64,000 nt of DNA, taken from Candidatus Eremiobacteraceae bacterium. Lineage in GTDB: Bacteria > Vulcanimicrobiota > Vulcanimicrobiia > Eremiobacterales > Eremiobacteraceae. The notes below the pieces were generated by a model. The model was not told where the DNA came from and searched no databases. It saw nothing but the letters and a program-made list of their open reading frames with translations. The position numbers and the translations under genes are program-made. This document shows, one piece after another, positions 26,624-35,871 of this stretch (position 1 is the first letter of the stretch; every line of letters starts with the position of its first letter). The DNA lies in assembly GCA_036511855.1 (NCBI GenBank), contig DATCBN010000015.1, forward strand, positions 1,566-65,565, read 5' to 3'.

Positions 26624-27352
26624 CTACGACGCCGCAACAACGCGGTTCGTCAGCGTGCCGAGCCCTTCGATCTCCACAGCCACGGTGTCGCCGATCTGCA
26701 TCGGTCCGACGCCGCTTGGCGTTCCCGTCGCGATGACATCGCCGGGTTCGAGCGTGAAGGCCGCGCTGATATACTCGATCAGCACGGGAATGTCGAAGAT
26801 CATCGAGGCGGTCGACGCATCTTGCCTGACGGCCCCATTGAGCCGCGTCGTGAGCCGGACATCGCGCCAGTCAAGCTCCGAGACGATCCATGGACCGATC
26901 GGCGCGAACGTGTCGAAACCTTTTGCGCGCGCCCACTGACCGTCGGATTTCTGAAGGTCGCGTGCGGTGACATCGTTGATGATGGTGTAGCCAAGGACGT
27001 AGTCGAGTGCGGACTCGCGCGACGTCCCGCGGCAACGACGGCCGATGACGACGCCGAGCTCGCCTTCAAAATCAACGCGCGCGCTTTGCCGCGGATAGAC
27101 GATCGCGTCGCCTGGGTTGATCACCGCCGACGGTGGTTTGAAGAACAGCAACGGCTCTTTTGGCGGCTCGTTCCCCATCTCGCTCGCATGATCGGCGTAG
27201 TTCCGTCCGACGCAGACGATCTTCGAGGGCCGGCAAGGAGCGAGCAGCGTCACTTCGCCCAGGGGCTTGCGGAATCCGGAGGCCACCGCTTCGTCACCGT
27301 CGACGACGCCGTCGAAGTCCGCGCCGCCTACGCGAAAGCGAGCGATTTTCAC
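26624..27352 (-). CDS. fumarylacetoacetate hydrolase (FAH) family protein
   Basis: '[17 protein letters not shown]', 'FFKPPSAV', '[10 protein letters not shown]', 'NDVTARDLQ', '[13 protein letters not shown]'. GTG 27352 overlaps the upstream gene stop (GTGA). The track ORF N-terminus is spurious. Confidence 0.85.
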   Translation of the reverse strand: MKIARFRVGGADFDGVVDGDEAVASGFRKPLGEVTLLAPCRPSKIVCVGRNYADHASEMGNEPPKEPLLFFKPPSAVINPGDAIVYPRQSARVDFEGELGVVIGRRCRGTSRESALDYVLGYTIINDVTARDLQKSDGQWARAKGFDTFAPIGPWIVSELDWRDVRLTTRLNGAVRQDASTASMIFDIPVLIEYISAAFTLEPGDVIATGTPSGVGPMQIGDTVAVEIEGLGTLTNRVVAAS

Positions 27353-27786
27353 GCGGGCCGGCGCAGAGCACGCTGCGCCGCGAATATCCAGAGCGCCGCG
27401 GCGAGAAGATCGCGCACGATCGTCAGCCACATGACGGGGGCTGTGGCGATGTTCGACAGGAACATCACTCCCGCGGCAGCGGCCGATGCGACGACGGCGG
27501 GCTGCGCTGCCATGTTCGCCGCGGGCGGCGGTGCGCGGCGCATCGCGCGGTACGTGAAGCGAGCGGCATAGAAGCCGAGCGGCATCGTGATGACGATGCG
27601 CAAGACTAGGACGATCGCAGAAAAGGTAAGGCGCGCTGCATCGGGCAGCAGCGCGGCTGCGGCAGACACGCAATAGACGAACGCGGCATATGCCCCGAAT
27701 TGCGCGAGGATGGACGCTGCGAAGATGAACGCGAGGCGCCGGACGATGTTACGGCGCACGACGTCCGAGAGCGGCGGTGGGTGCAT
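27349..27786 (-). CDS. hypothetical membrane protein (about 4 TM)
   Basis: Hydrophobic helices, 4-nt coupling to the FAH gene. No family recognised. Confidence 0.5.
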   Translation of the reverse strand: MHPPPLSDVVRRNIVRRLAFIFAASILAQFGAYAAFVYCVSAAAALLPDAARLTFSAIVLVLRIVITMPLGFYAARFTYRAMRRAPPPAANMAAQPAVVASAAAAGVMFLSNIATAPVMWLTIVRDLLAAALWIFAAQRALRRPA

Positions 27787-27889
27787 CGAACGCCGCTTTA
27801 CATCCGATAGGCAACGCGACCTTTATCGAATCGCGTGCAGCGTCCGGCGTGCCGGCAATAGAGGTCGGTTCCGCGAGCCGCGGGTAATA

Positions 27890-29305
27890 ATGTGCTCCAT
27901 GGCAAGCAAACACGACTATGATTTTTGCGTGATCGGTGCGGGGAGCGCCGGCTTTGCAGGTGCGTCGATCGCGCGCTCGCTCGGCAAGAGCGTCGTCATC
28001 GCCGAATCCACGGCGCCGTTGGCGGGATTGTGCATCTTGCGCGGCTGCATGCCTTCCAAGACGCTGCTGAGGAGCGCCGAAATAGCGCACTTGGCGGCGG
28101 CGGCTTCACGATTCGGCATCGAAGCCGGAACGGTGCGCGCCAACGTTCCCGCCATCGTAGCGCGCAAGCGGCGCATCATCAAGGAGTTCGCCGACTATCG
28201 CATCGAGGCCATCGACAACTTTCCCATGCTGCGCGGCGCCGTCGCGTTCACCGGACCGCAACAACTGGCCGTCGACGGACACGAAGTCCGGGCCAAGAAA
28301 TATCTCATCGCGACGGGCTCCGAGATAAGCGTGCCCAAGATTCCCGGCCTGTTGGATGCGTGCTACGTCACGAGCGACGAGGTGTTGGAACTCGAGGCGC
28401 TGCCGCCGTCGGTCATCGTTTTAGGCGGCGGCGCCGTCGCGTGCGAATTGGCGCAATACTTGCGGCGCCTCGGCGTCGAGGTCACGATGCTTCAGCGCAG
28501 CCATACGCTTCTCTCGGGCGAGGACCCCGATGTCGGCCGCGCGCTCGCCAGTGCGCTCACCGACGAGGGCATGCAGATCCACACGGGCACGAAGATCTTG
28601 AAAGTGGAGAAATCGGGCGCGCGCAAGCGCGTGCATTTCGAGAGCACCGGCGTGCAGATGATGGTTGAAGCCGACGAGATCTTCGTGGCACTCGGACGGA
28701 AAGCGAGTGTCGAGGGGCTGCGCCTCGATGCGGCGGGGATCGAGTACGACGCTGCGGGCATCCATGTCGACGGCCATCTTCGCACGACGAACCCGGATGT
28801 CTATGCGGCGGGCGACGTGATCAAGAACAGCACCCAGCTCGTGCACGTGGCGGTGAATGAAGGCCAGATCGCCGCGCGCAACGCGCTGTCCGGCGCCGGC
28901 CTCACGATCGACTACGATCTGCACGGGGCGCGCGCCGTGTTCACGGACCCGCAAGTGGCGATCGCCGGCTTGACCGAGCGCGAGTGCAAAAAGCGCTCGT
29001 TGGACTATGCGATGTCGATGTTTCCGTTCGACGATCTCGGCAAAGCCATCGCGATCGGTGCGACCAAGGGCTTCATCAAGGTGCTCGCGGCAAACGACGG
29101 CACGATGCTCGGCGTCGCGATTGTCGGCGCGGAGGCGTCCGACCTCATCCACGAATGCATCGCGTTGCTCTACTTCAAGGCGAACGTCCGCGACGTGATG
29201 GCGATGCCCCATCTGCATCCGACGCTCGCCGAGATCCTGACATATCCGGCCGAAGATCTCTGCGAACGTCTCGAGCATGAAGAACATGCCCTCGTCACGC
29301 CGTAA
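27890..29305 (+). CDS. class I pyridine nucleotide-disulfide oxidoreductase (dihydrolipoyl dehydrogenase / mercuric reductase-like)
   Basis: 'DFCVIGAGSAGFAGA' FAD fold, redox disulfide 'CILRGCMPSK', NAD fold 'VLGGGAVACELA', C-terminal 'HLHPTLAEI'. Start is ATG 27890 or 27899. Confidence 0.85.
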   Translation: MCSMASKHDYDFCVIGAGSAGFAGASIARSLGKSVVIAESTAPLAGLCILRGCMPSKTLLRSAEIAHLAAAASRFGIEAGTVRANVPAIVARKRRIIKEFADYRIEAIDNFPMLRGAVAFTGPQQLAVDGHEVRAKKYLIATGSEISVPKIPGLLDACYVTSDEVLELEALPPSVIVLGGGAVACELAQYLRRLGVEVTMLQRSHTLLSGEDPDVGRALASALTDEGMQIHTGTKILKVEKSGARKRVHFESTGVQMMVEADEIFVALGRKASVEGLRLDAAGIEYDAAGIHVDGHLRTTNPDVYAAGDVIKNSTQLVHVAVNEGQIAARNALSGAGLTIDYDLHGARAVFTDPQVAIAGLTERECKKRSLDYAMSMFPFDDLGKAIAIGATKGFIKVLAANDGTMLGVAIVGAEASDLIHECIALLYFKANVRDVMAMPHLHPTLAEILTYPAEDLCERLEHEEHALVTP

Positions 29306-30134
29306 GGCGCCGGGCGCATCGCGCGCGAGAGCTCTGCCGTCGCGTTCGAGCCACGCGCTCTACGAGAATCCGCGGTTGTACGACCTCGCTTTCGGCTTCC
29401 GCCATATCGCGGCGGAATGTCGAGGACTGCTCGGCATCGCCGCGCTGCATGGAGTGACGCGGCCCACGGCGATCGCCGACATCGCCTGCGGGCCGGCCCA
29501 TCATCTGCGCGAGTACGCCCGGCTCGGACTCAAAGGGTACGGGGTGGACCTCAACCGCGAAATGCTCGCCTACGCCCGCCACCTGTCGGCGACCGAACAT
29601 CTCGCCATCCGTCTCAAGCGCGCGGACATGCGAGCGTTTGTCCTATCGACGAAGGTGGACATCGCGCAATGCTTGTTCGATTCGTTCAGTCACTGCACCA
29701 CCGATGACGATGCCGTCGCCACTTTGCGCTGCACCGCCCGCGCGTTGCGCAAGGGCGGCATTCTGCTGCTCGAGTTGACGCATCCCGCCGACTACTTCAC
29801 GTCGGCCAGCAAACGCACCGTGGGCCGGTGGAGCCAGGCCTATCCCGACGTCACCGTGCGGACGCGATTTCTCACGACCGGCATCGATCCGATCGCGGAG
29901 ACCTACGTCAAGAGCATGACGATCGACGCCACATATAAAGACGGACGACCGGCTAAGCACATCGTCGACCGCCAACTGCATCGCATGTGGCTGCGCAGCG
30001 GCATCAGCCATGTGGCAGCGGCGAGCGGCGTTTTTGATGTGGTGGCGTGGTACGGAGACCTTTCGCCGCGCGTGCCGCTGAGCGCCCGCATGTCGTCGTG
30101 GCGGATGGTGACGGTGCTCCGGCGCCGAAACTAA
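29277..30134 (+). CDS. class I SAM-dependent methyltransferase
   Basis: Motif I 'IADIACGPAHHLREY', post-I 'GVDLNREML', 'LLLELTHP'. Confidence 0.7.
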   Translation: MKNMPSSRRKAPGASRARALPSRSSHALYENPRLYDLAFGFRHIAAECRGLLGIAALHGVTRPTAIADIACGPAHHLREYARLGLKGYGVDLNREMLAYARHLSATEHLAIRLKRADMRAFVLSTKVDIAQCLFDSFSHCTTDDDAVATLRCTARALRKGGILLLELTHPADYFTSASKRTVGRWSQAYPDVTVRTRFLTTGIDPIAETYVKSMTIDATYKDGRPAKHIVDRQLHRMWLRSGISHVAAASGVFDVVAWYGDLSPRVPLSARMSSWRMVTVLRRRN

Positions 30135-31309
30135 AACGGGCGCCTGCTTGGACAGCACGAAGCCACACGGGGAGGCACGCCATCCGCTCATCCAAATTTC
30201 GTCACGCCGTCTGGGCGTTGCTATACATTCTTACCGCAGCGCTCGTCACTGGATCGAGCAATGCAAACGCTGCCGCAACGAGTTCTCCACTGCCGCTTGC
30301 AGCTGAGCTCACCGTTCCGTCCGGCTTCAAGGCGGAGATCTTCGAGCAGGGGCTCAGCGGCCCGCGCTTCATGACGGTCGCGCCGGATGGAGCCCTGCTC
30401 GTCGCACTGACCGGACGCGGTGACGTCGTGGCGCTGCACGGGCCGGCTTCCGCCCCGACCGTCGTCGCTTCGGGACTCGATTTGCCGCACGGTTTAGCCT
30501 TCGACGGTTCGACGCTCTACATCGCCGTGTGGGATGGCGTGGAGAAGTTGGTCTATCCGGGCGGGCCGGTGACGCGCGTGACCGGCGGTCTACCCGAGAA
30601 CGGCGATCACAACCGCCGCTCGCTGGCCGTCGCCGCGGATCATTCGCTGTTCGTCGGTGTCGGCTCATCGTGCAATGTCTGCGACGACGCGCTCCCGCTC
30701 GCCAGCATCGTGCACGTCGCAGGCGGCACGGCGCGACCTTACGCGCTTGGACTGCGCAATGCGAGCGGACTGGCGTTCGACAGCGGTGAACGGCTGTGGG
30801 CCGTGGTCAATCAACGCGACGGCATCGGACCCACTCAAGCGGTGACCGACGACCTGCCCCCCGATGAGCTTGACCTCGTCACTGCCGGCGCCGACTTCGG
30901 CTGGCCACGTTGCTACCCGGATCCGAAATTGCCCAAGCGCGATGCCAATCCCGAGTATCCGGACGCGGACTGTTCCGGCACCAAGCCCGCTTCGTTGGAC
31001 TTCCAAGCGCACTCGGCTCCGCTCGGCATCGTCTTTTACAACAAGACGCAGTTTCCGGAGTCGTATCGCGGCGGCGCGTTCGTGGCTTTCCATGGATCGT
31101 GGAATCGCAGCGCGCCCACGGGCGACAAGGTCGTCTTCGTGAAGTTCGCGCACGACCGGCCAACGGGCTACACGGACTTCGTCACGGGATGGCTGGCAAA
31201 CGGCGAGTACAACGGCAGACCTGCGGGTTTGGCGGTCGACGGACACGGCGCGCTCTTCATCAGCGACGATCAACGCGGCACCATTTATCGCATCAGCTAC
31301 GAGCATTGA
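30047..31309 (+). CDS. PQQ-dependent sugar (glucose/sorbosone) dehydrogenase-like beta-propeller, secreted; start uncertain
   Basis: 'DLPHGLAFDGSTLYIA', 'NRRSLAV', 'LGLRNASGLAFD', 'DELDLVTAGADFGWPRCY', 'HSAPLGIVFY', 'HGSWNR'. Signal-like 'KFRHAVWALLYILTAALVTGSSNANA'. The only ATG/GTG (30047) overlaps the upstream gene by 88 nt. Confidence 0.75.
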   Translation: MVRRPFAARAAERPHVVVADGDGAPAPKLKRAPAWTARSHTGRHAIRSSKFRHAVWALLYILTAALVTGSSNANAAATSSPLPLAAELTVPSGFKAEIFEQGLSGPRFMTVAPDGALLVALTGRGDVVALHGPASAPTVVASGLDLPHGLAFDGSTLYIAVWDGVEKLVYPGGPVTRVTGGLPENGDHNRRSLAVAADHSLFVGVGSSCNVCDDALPLASIVHVAGGTARPYALGLRNASGLAFDSGERLWAVVNQRDGIGPTQAVTDDLPPDELDLVTAGADFGWPRCYPDPKLPKRDANPEYPDADCSGTKPASLDFQAHSAPLGIVFYNKTQFPESYRGGAFVAFHGSWNRSAPTGDKVVFVKFAHDRPTGYTDFVTGWLANGEYNGRPAGLAVDGHGALFISDDQRGTIYRISYEH

Positions 31310-31313
31310 CGCA

Positions 31314-32282
31314 GTGAAAGTCGTCTCGATCTCCCACATCTGGCGCGAAGAGCTGCGCGCGTCGCTCGGTCCGGACGTCGACTACATCACGGCCGATCCG
31401 GATGACGAAGCCGCCGTGGCAGATGCCATAAGCGACGCCGAGATCCTCGTCACGACCAAATTCGACGCCGCCATGTCCGCCCACACGCGAAGTTTGAAGC
31501 TGCTGGTGTGCCCCTCGGCGGGCACCGAGGGCATCGATCGCGCGCACTTGCCGCGCGGCGTCGACGTCATCAACGGCCAAGGACATGAGATTCCCATCGC
31601 GGAGTACGTCATCGGCACGCTCGTCGCGCTTCGCCAAAAGCTCCTTCAGGCCGATAAAGCATTGCGCGACGGCCGCTGGGAATTTGGGTTTCTCGGACCC
31701 GGCGGATTCGTCGGTGAGCTATGGGGCTCGAGGCTCGGTCTCGTGGGCTTCGGCCGGATCGGAAAAGAAATAGTGCCCCGTGCGGCTGCTTTCGGCATGA
31801 CGACTGCCGCGCTCACCATGCATCCGGAAAAAGCCGCTAACTCAATAACGGGTCTCGCCCGCATCGGCGACTTGAAGAATGCGGATGAAGTGGACGAGCT
31901 GTGCAGCCGGTCCGACGCCATCGTGCTGTGCTGCGAGCTCTCGGACCGGACCCGGGGTCTCATTGACGCGCGCCGGCTGAGCCTGATGCCGCCGAACGCA
32001 TTGATCGTGAACATCTCGCGCGGACCGGTCGCCGACGAAGAAGCGCTGTACGAAGCGCTGCGCGACGGCGCGATCGCAGGCGCAGCGCTCGATGTCTGGT
32101 ACGACTATCCGCAAACGAAGGGCGAACGGACCTTTCCGTCACGCTTCCCGTTCAGCGAGCTCGACAACGTGATCATGACGCCGCACAGCAGCGGCTGGAC
32201 CGAAGGCCATTGGCGGCGCAAGCGCGCGCGCATGGCCGAGGTCATCAATACGTTTGCGCGAAAAGGGCGGCTCCCGCAGTAG
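31314..32282 (+). CDS. D-isomer-specific 2-hydroxyacid dehydrogenase family protein
   Basis: NAD fold 'LGLVGFGRIGKEI', 'NISRGPVADEEAL', 'GAALDVW', 'TPHSSG'. GTG start. Confidence 0.85.
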   Translation: MKVVSISHIWREELRASLGPDVDYITADPDDEAAVADAISDAEILVTTKFDAAMSAHTRSLKLLVCPSAGTEGIDRAHLPRGVDVINGQGHEIPIAEYVIGTLVALRQKLLQADKALRDGRWEFGFLGPGGFVGELWGSRLGLVGFGRIGKEIVPRAAAFGMTTAALTMHPEKAANSITGLARIGDLKNADEVDELCSRSDAIVLCCELSDRTRGLIDARRLSLMPPNALIVNISRGPVADEEALYEALRDGAIAGAALDVWYDYPQTKGERTFPSRFPFSELDNVIMTPHSSGWTEGHWRRKRARMAEVINTFARKGRLPQ

Positions 32283-32284
32283 CG

Positions 32285-32998
32285 TCAAGGCGTTTGGGTG
32301 TCAAGCAGCGTGCGGACGCGCACGAACACGTCGTCGAGCATGGCTTGCGTGAGTTTTCCGGTGTTGGTGTTCTGCCGGCTCGGGTGATACGTGCCGAAGA
32401 CCGTCACCGCACGATTATCCCGCTCGCGGAAAAGGCGGAACTCCACGCCGTGGCCGAAGCGCGGCCGCGGCTTAGGCAACGCAAAGCCGGTCTCGGCCAA
32501 CCGCGCGAGACCGACATCGAATCCGATCTTGCCCAATCCGACGACAATCTCTAGCCGCGGCAGCAGCGCGAGTTCCGCGCGCATGTGGCCGGCGCATCGC
32601 TCGAGCTGACGCGTCGTCGGCTTGTTCTTCGGCGGCGCACAGCGTATCGCGGCGGTTAGATATGCGTCGATCATCGCGAAGCCGTCGCCGCGCCGTTCGG
32701 ATCGGTCTTGCGTGGCGAATCCGGCACGGTAAAGGGAGCGCGCAAGCCACGCTGCCGATCCGTCGCCTGTGAACATCCTGCCCGTACGATTGCCGCCGTG
32801 CGCGGCCGGCGCGAGCCCGACGAGCATCACGCGGGCGCCGCTGTCGCCGAGGGGCGGGACCGGCTTGCCCCAATAGGTCTGTCCGGCAAATTCAGGTTTG
32901 CCCCGCCGCGCGATGTCGGCACAGTATTCGCGCAATTCCGGGCAGCGCTCGCACGCGACGATCGCTCGCCGGACCGCGCCGATCGTCGCAGGACGCAC
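32285..32998 (-). CDS. uracil-DNA glycosylase, family 5-like (UdgB-type)
   Basis: 'CERCPEL', 'VMLVGLAPAAHGGNRTGRMFTGD' (GLAPA..HG rather than the GEAPG of family 4), 'HPSRQN'. GTG 32998 lies 2 nt after the MFS stop. The rest of the 535-aa track ORF is a shadow of the MFS gene. Confidence 0.75.
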   Translation of the reverse strand: MRPATIGAVRRAIVACERCPELREYCADIARRGKPEFAGQTYWGKPVPPLGDSGARVMLVGLAPAAHGGNRTGRMFTGDGSAAWLARSLYRAGFATQDRSERRGDGFAMIDAYLTAAIRCAPPKNKPTTRQLERCAGHMRAELALLPRLEIVVGLGKIGFDVGLARLAETGFALPKPRPRFGHGVEFRLFRERDNRAVTVFGTYHPSRQNTNTGKLTQAMLDDVFVRVRTLLDTQTP

Positions 32999-33000
32999 CG

Positions 33001-34581
33001 CTAGTCCATCGCGACTGGATGTTGACCGGACCCGGCATGGAGATTCGGTGCTCGCGTCGAGAGCGCGAGCACGACGGCAGCCGCCGACACCCAGGTCAAC
33101 ATCCGGAATGCGTCGTCGAATCCGCCGATCAGCGATTGCCGGACGAGCTCCGATTTCAACGCGGCGACCGCTTGGATGTGGGCCGTCTGCGCGTCGCTGC
33201 CCGAGCGCGCGATGAACGCAGCCTGCAGTTGGTCGAGGCGCTGGATGGCTTGCGCGCCGAACTGCGTGACCGACTCGCTGTAGCGGGCGTAGTGGAACGC
33301 CGTGCGGTTGACGAGGAACGTGCCGAGCGCCGCAATGGCGAGCGAGCCGGCCAACGTGCGCGTGAGGTTGTATAAAGCCGACGCCTCCGGCTTTTCCGAT
33401 TGCGGCAAGTTCTGTATGCCGATGGCGGTGAGGGGAATAAAGATGAAGGGGAGCGCCATACTGCGGGTCATGTTGAGAAAGACCAGCCACCAAAACGATG
33501 TGTTGCCGTCGATGGAGGTGTTCAACCAGCACGACCATGTGAGCACTGCGAAACCGAAGCCGCAGAGGAGGCGCGCGTCCACTTTTTGCACGAGCCGCGC
33601 CACGACCGCAAAAAGCGGAAGCGACGCCACCGCCGCCGGAAGCAGCGAGAGACCGATGTCCAACGAATTGTAGCCAAGCACTTCTGCCGAAAACACCGGG
33701 ATCAAGAACACGGCGCCGAAGAGCGTGATCGCCACCACCGATCCCATGCCGTTGCCGACGGAAAAGTTGTAGTCCTTGAATATTCTCAAGTTGATGAACG
33801 GATGCTCTACCGTAAGTTCGGTGTAGATGAAGGTCACGCCGGATACGATTGAAAGGATCGTCAGCCATAGGATGAGCGGCGCATGGAACCAATCGTTGCG
33901 TTGACCTTCTTGCAGCACCACCTGAAACGTCGTCAGCCAGATCGCCGCCGATGCGAGTCCGAGCACGTCGATCGCTTTCTTCTCGGTGAATTCACGCTTC
34001 GGCGTGTGGATAGCGATGTAGGTCATGAATAGTCCGACGAGCACGATCGGAAGGTTGACATAGAAGATCCAGCGCCATGAGAAGTTCTCGGTGAGCCAGC
34101 CGCCCAAGGTCGGACCGATGATGGGCCCGAGGATCGTTCCCGATCCGAAGATCGCGGTGGCTGTGGCAGTCTGCTCGGGCGGAAAAGCTTCGAGCATGAT
34201 GGAGAAGGAGACGGGCAGCAGCGCGCCGCCGCCGATTCCTTGCAAGATCCGGAAGAAGATCAGCGACGGCAGATTCCAGGCGGCGCCGCAGAGCATGGAC
34301 GCGATGACGAACACGATCTGGCTGGCCATGTAGTACCGCTTGAGGCCGACCCCGTTGGCGAGCCAGCCCGTCATCGGAATGATGACGACGTTGCTGATGA
34401 GGTATCCGGTGAGCACCCAGGTGATCTGGTCGATGTCGGCGCCGAACGCCGCTTGGATGTTCGGGATGCTGACGTTGACGATGGTGGTGTCGAGGATGGC
34501 CGTCAGCGCGCTGATCATGACGGCGACGGAGATCAAATAGCGGTTGCCGGTGACTCGTGGTTGCGGACGGTTCTCTGCCAT
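33001..34581 (-). CDS. MFS transporter, DHA2 (EmrB/QacA, 14-TM) family
   Basis: 'LDTTIVNVSIPNI', 'GWLANGVGLKRYY', 'LQGIGGGALLP', about 14 hydrophobic helices. ATG 34581 ('MAENRPQ'). Confidence 0.85.
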   Translation of the reverse strand: MAENRPQPRVTGNRYLISVAVMISALTAILDTTIVNVSIPNIQAAFGADIDQITWVLTGYLISNVVIIPMTGWLANGVGLKRYYMASQIVFVIASMLCGAAWNLPSLIFFRILQGIGGGALLPVSFSIMLEAFPPEQTATATAIFGSGTILGPIIGPTLGGWLTENFSWRWIFYVNLPIVLVGLFMTYIAIHTPKREFTEKKAIDVLGLASAAIWLTTFQVVLQEGQRNDWFHAPLILWLTILSIVSGVTFIYTELTVEHPFINLRIFKDYNFSVGNGMGSVVAITLFGAVFLIPVFSAEVLGYNSLDIGLSLLPAAVASLPLFAVVARLVQKVDARLLCGFGFAVLTWSCWLNTSIDGNTSFWWLVFLNMTRSMALPFIFIPLTAIGIQNLPQSEKPEASALYNLTRTLAGSLAIAALGTFLVNRTAFHYARYSESVTQFGAQAIQRLDQLQAAFIARSGSDAQTAHIQAVAALKSELVRQSLIGGFDDAFRMLTWVSAAAVVLALSTRAPNLHAGSGQHPVAMD

Positions 34582-34708
34582 GACTGCGGGCGACTTCACG
34601 CCGCGTCCGGCGTGTCCTGTCGCGCGCGCGACGAGGTGTGCCGCTACGCAGCCCGGAACGGACGAACGATGACGCGCGCGAGTTTCTCGCACTCGCGAGG
34701 AGGTATTT

Positions 34709-35212
34709 GTGCAGGACGCGCCGGCCGAGGGCGGACTCGATCAAGCAAAAGTGCGGAGCTTCATGCAGAGGCGAAAAGCCGAACAAAGCATGCCGCTTGC
34801 TCTAGTGGCAGGCGTGGTCGCCGCGCTTGTAGGCGCCGCTGTCTGGGCCGTCGCCACCGATACGACCGGATATCAAATCGGTTGGATGGCCGTCGGCGTG
34901 GGCTTTCTCGTCGGATTCGCAGTGCGATTCCTCGGCAAGGGTATAGAGCGCCCATTTCAATATGTGGGCGCCGCTTGCGCGCTGCTCGGATGCGTGCTCG
35001 GCAATTATTTCGCCATCGTGGGGGCGGCCGCTCAAGACACGCACACCGGTTTCTTCACCGTGCTCGGTCGGATACCGCTGGATTCGGCGGTCACGGCCAT
35101 GCAGCAGTCGTTTCAATTCATGGACCTGCTGTTCTACGCCATCGCCGTTTATGAAGGTTACCGTTTTTCGCTGAAGCGCTTGAGCCCGGCGGAACTAGCA
35201 GAGCTCCAATAG
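34709..35212 (+). CDS. hypothetical membrane protein
   Basis: GTG start with GAGGAGG 5 nt upstream. Four predicted TM helices. Confidence 0.55.
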   Translation: MQDAPAEGGLDQAKVRSFMQRRKAEQSMPLALVAGVVAALVGAAVWAVATDTTGYQIGWMAVGVGFLVGFAVRFLGKGIERPFQYVGAACALLGCVLGNYFAIVGAAAQDTHTGFFTVLGRIPLDSAVTAMQQSFQFMDLLFYAIAVYEGYRFSLKRLSPAELAELQ

Positions 35213-35216
35213 CGGA

Positions 35217-35789
35217 TCAGAGTTCTACAACCCCGCTCGTTCCCGGCACGCGCTCATCATTATCGCCTGGGCCGGTAGCTCCGTGCTTGCGCGCCTTCGC
35301 GCTCCACGCGTCGATCTCGATCGCGACGAGCCTCGTGATGGCGAGATGTGCGCTGGTCGCGGCTGAAAAATCGCGGCCTTCCGTGCGGCCGGAAAAGTAG
35401 CGCTCGATCATGCGGCGCAGCACCCCGGCTTTACTTTGTTCGTCTGAAACTTCGGTCATCCGGCCGAATCCGACGACGCTGCGGTAGACCATCGAGTGAT
35501 TGAGCGCGGTTTTGGAGTAGACGAGACCGCTCACTTCGGTGACCGTGACGCAAGCGGGCGCGCCGCGCTCGGCGCCGGCGAGTATGCGCGCGTCGATGGA
35601 ACCGTGGATGTACAACACGTGGGGCGTGACCAAGTCGTACGCATACGTCATGGGGATGACGACCGGAAGGCCGTCCTCGACGATGCCGACGTGAGCGACG
35701 ATGCCTGCGGTGAGTATATCTCCGACTTCGTCCGGCACCGTTCGTTCCGGATGGCGGCGTAGCGTGCTGGAAACTGACGCGGGCTTCAT
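35217..35789 (-). CDS. pyridoxamine 5'-phosphate oxidase-family (FMN-binding split barrel) protein
   Basis: 'RRHPERTVPDEVGDILTAGIVAHVGIVEDGLPVVIPMTYAYD...LYIHGS' is typical of Pyridox_ox_2/NimA-like proteins. ATG 35789 with GGAAGG upstream. Divergent from the MocR regulator. Confidence 0.7.
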   Translation of the reverse strand: MKPASVSSTLRRHPERTVPDEVGDILTAGIVAHVGIVEDGLPVVIPMTYAYDLVTPHVLYIHGSIDARILAGAERGAPACVTVTEVSGLVYSKTALNHSMVYRSVVGFGRMTEVSDEQSKAGVLRRMIERYFSGRTEGRDFSAATSAHLAITRLVAIEIDAWSAKARKHGATGPGDNDERVPGTSGVVEL

Positions 35790-35871
35790 GGTTGCACCTT
35801 CCTTGCCGTCATGATACCATGTTAATGGACCTGGAAGAAGTGCCAATATCTCGCTTGACGATGGAGCCAAT

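Noticed and set aside
28421-29287. 288-aa minus-strand ORF opposite the disulfide oxidoreductase
   Set aside because: No motifs, and it is antisense to a gene carrying FAD/NAD folds and a redox CxxxxC motif.
32999-33892. N-terminal 298 aa of the 535-aa track ORF (32285-33892)
   Set aside because: This part overlaps the 14-TM MFS gene in another frame and is Arg/His-rich. Only the C-terminal 237 aa carry UDG motifs, and a GTG start sits right after the MFS stop.
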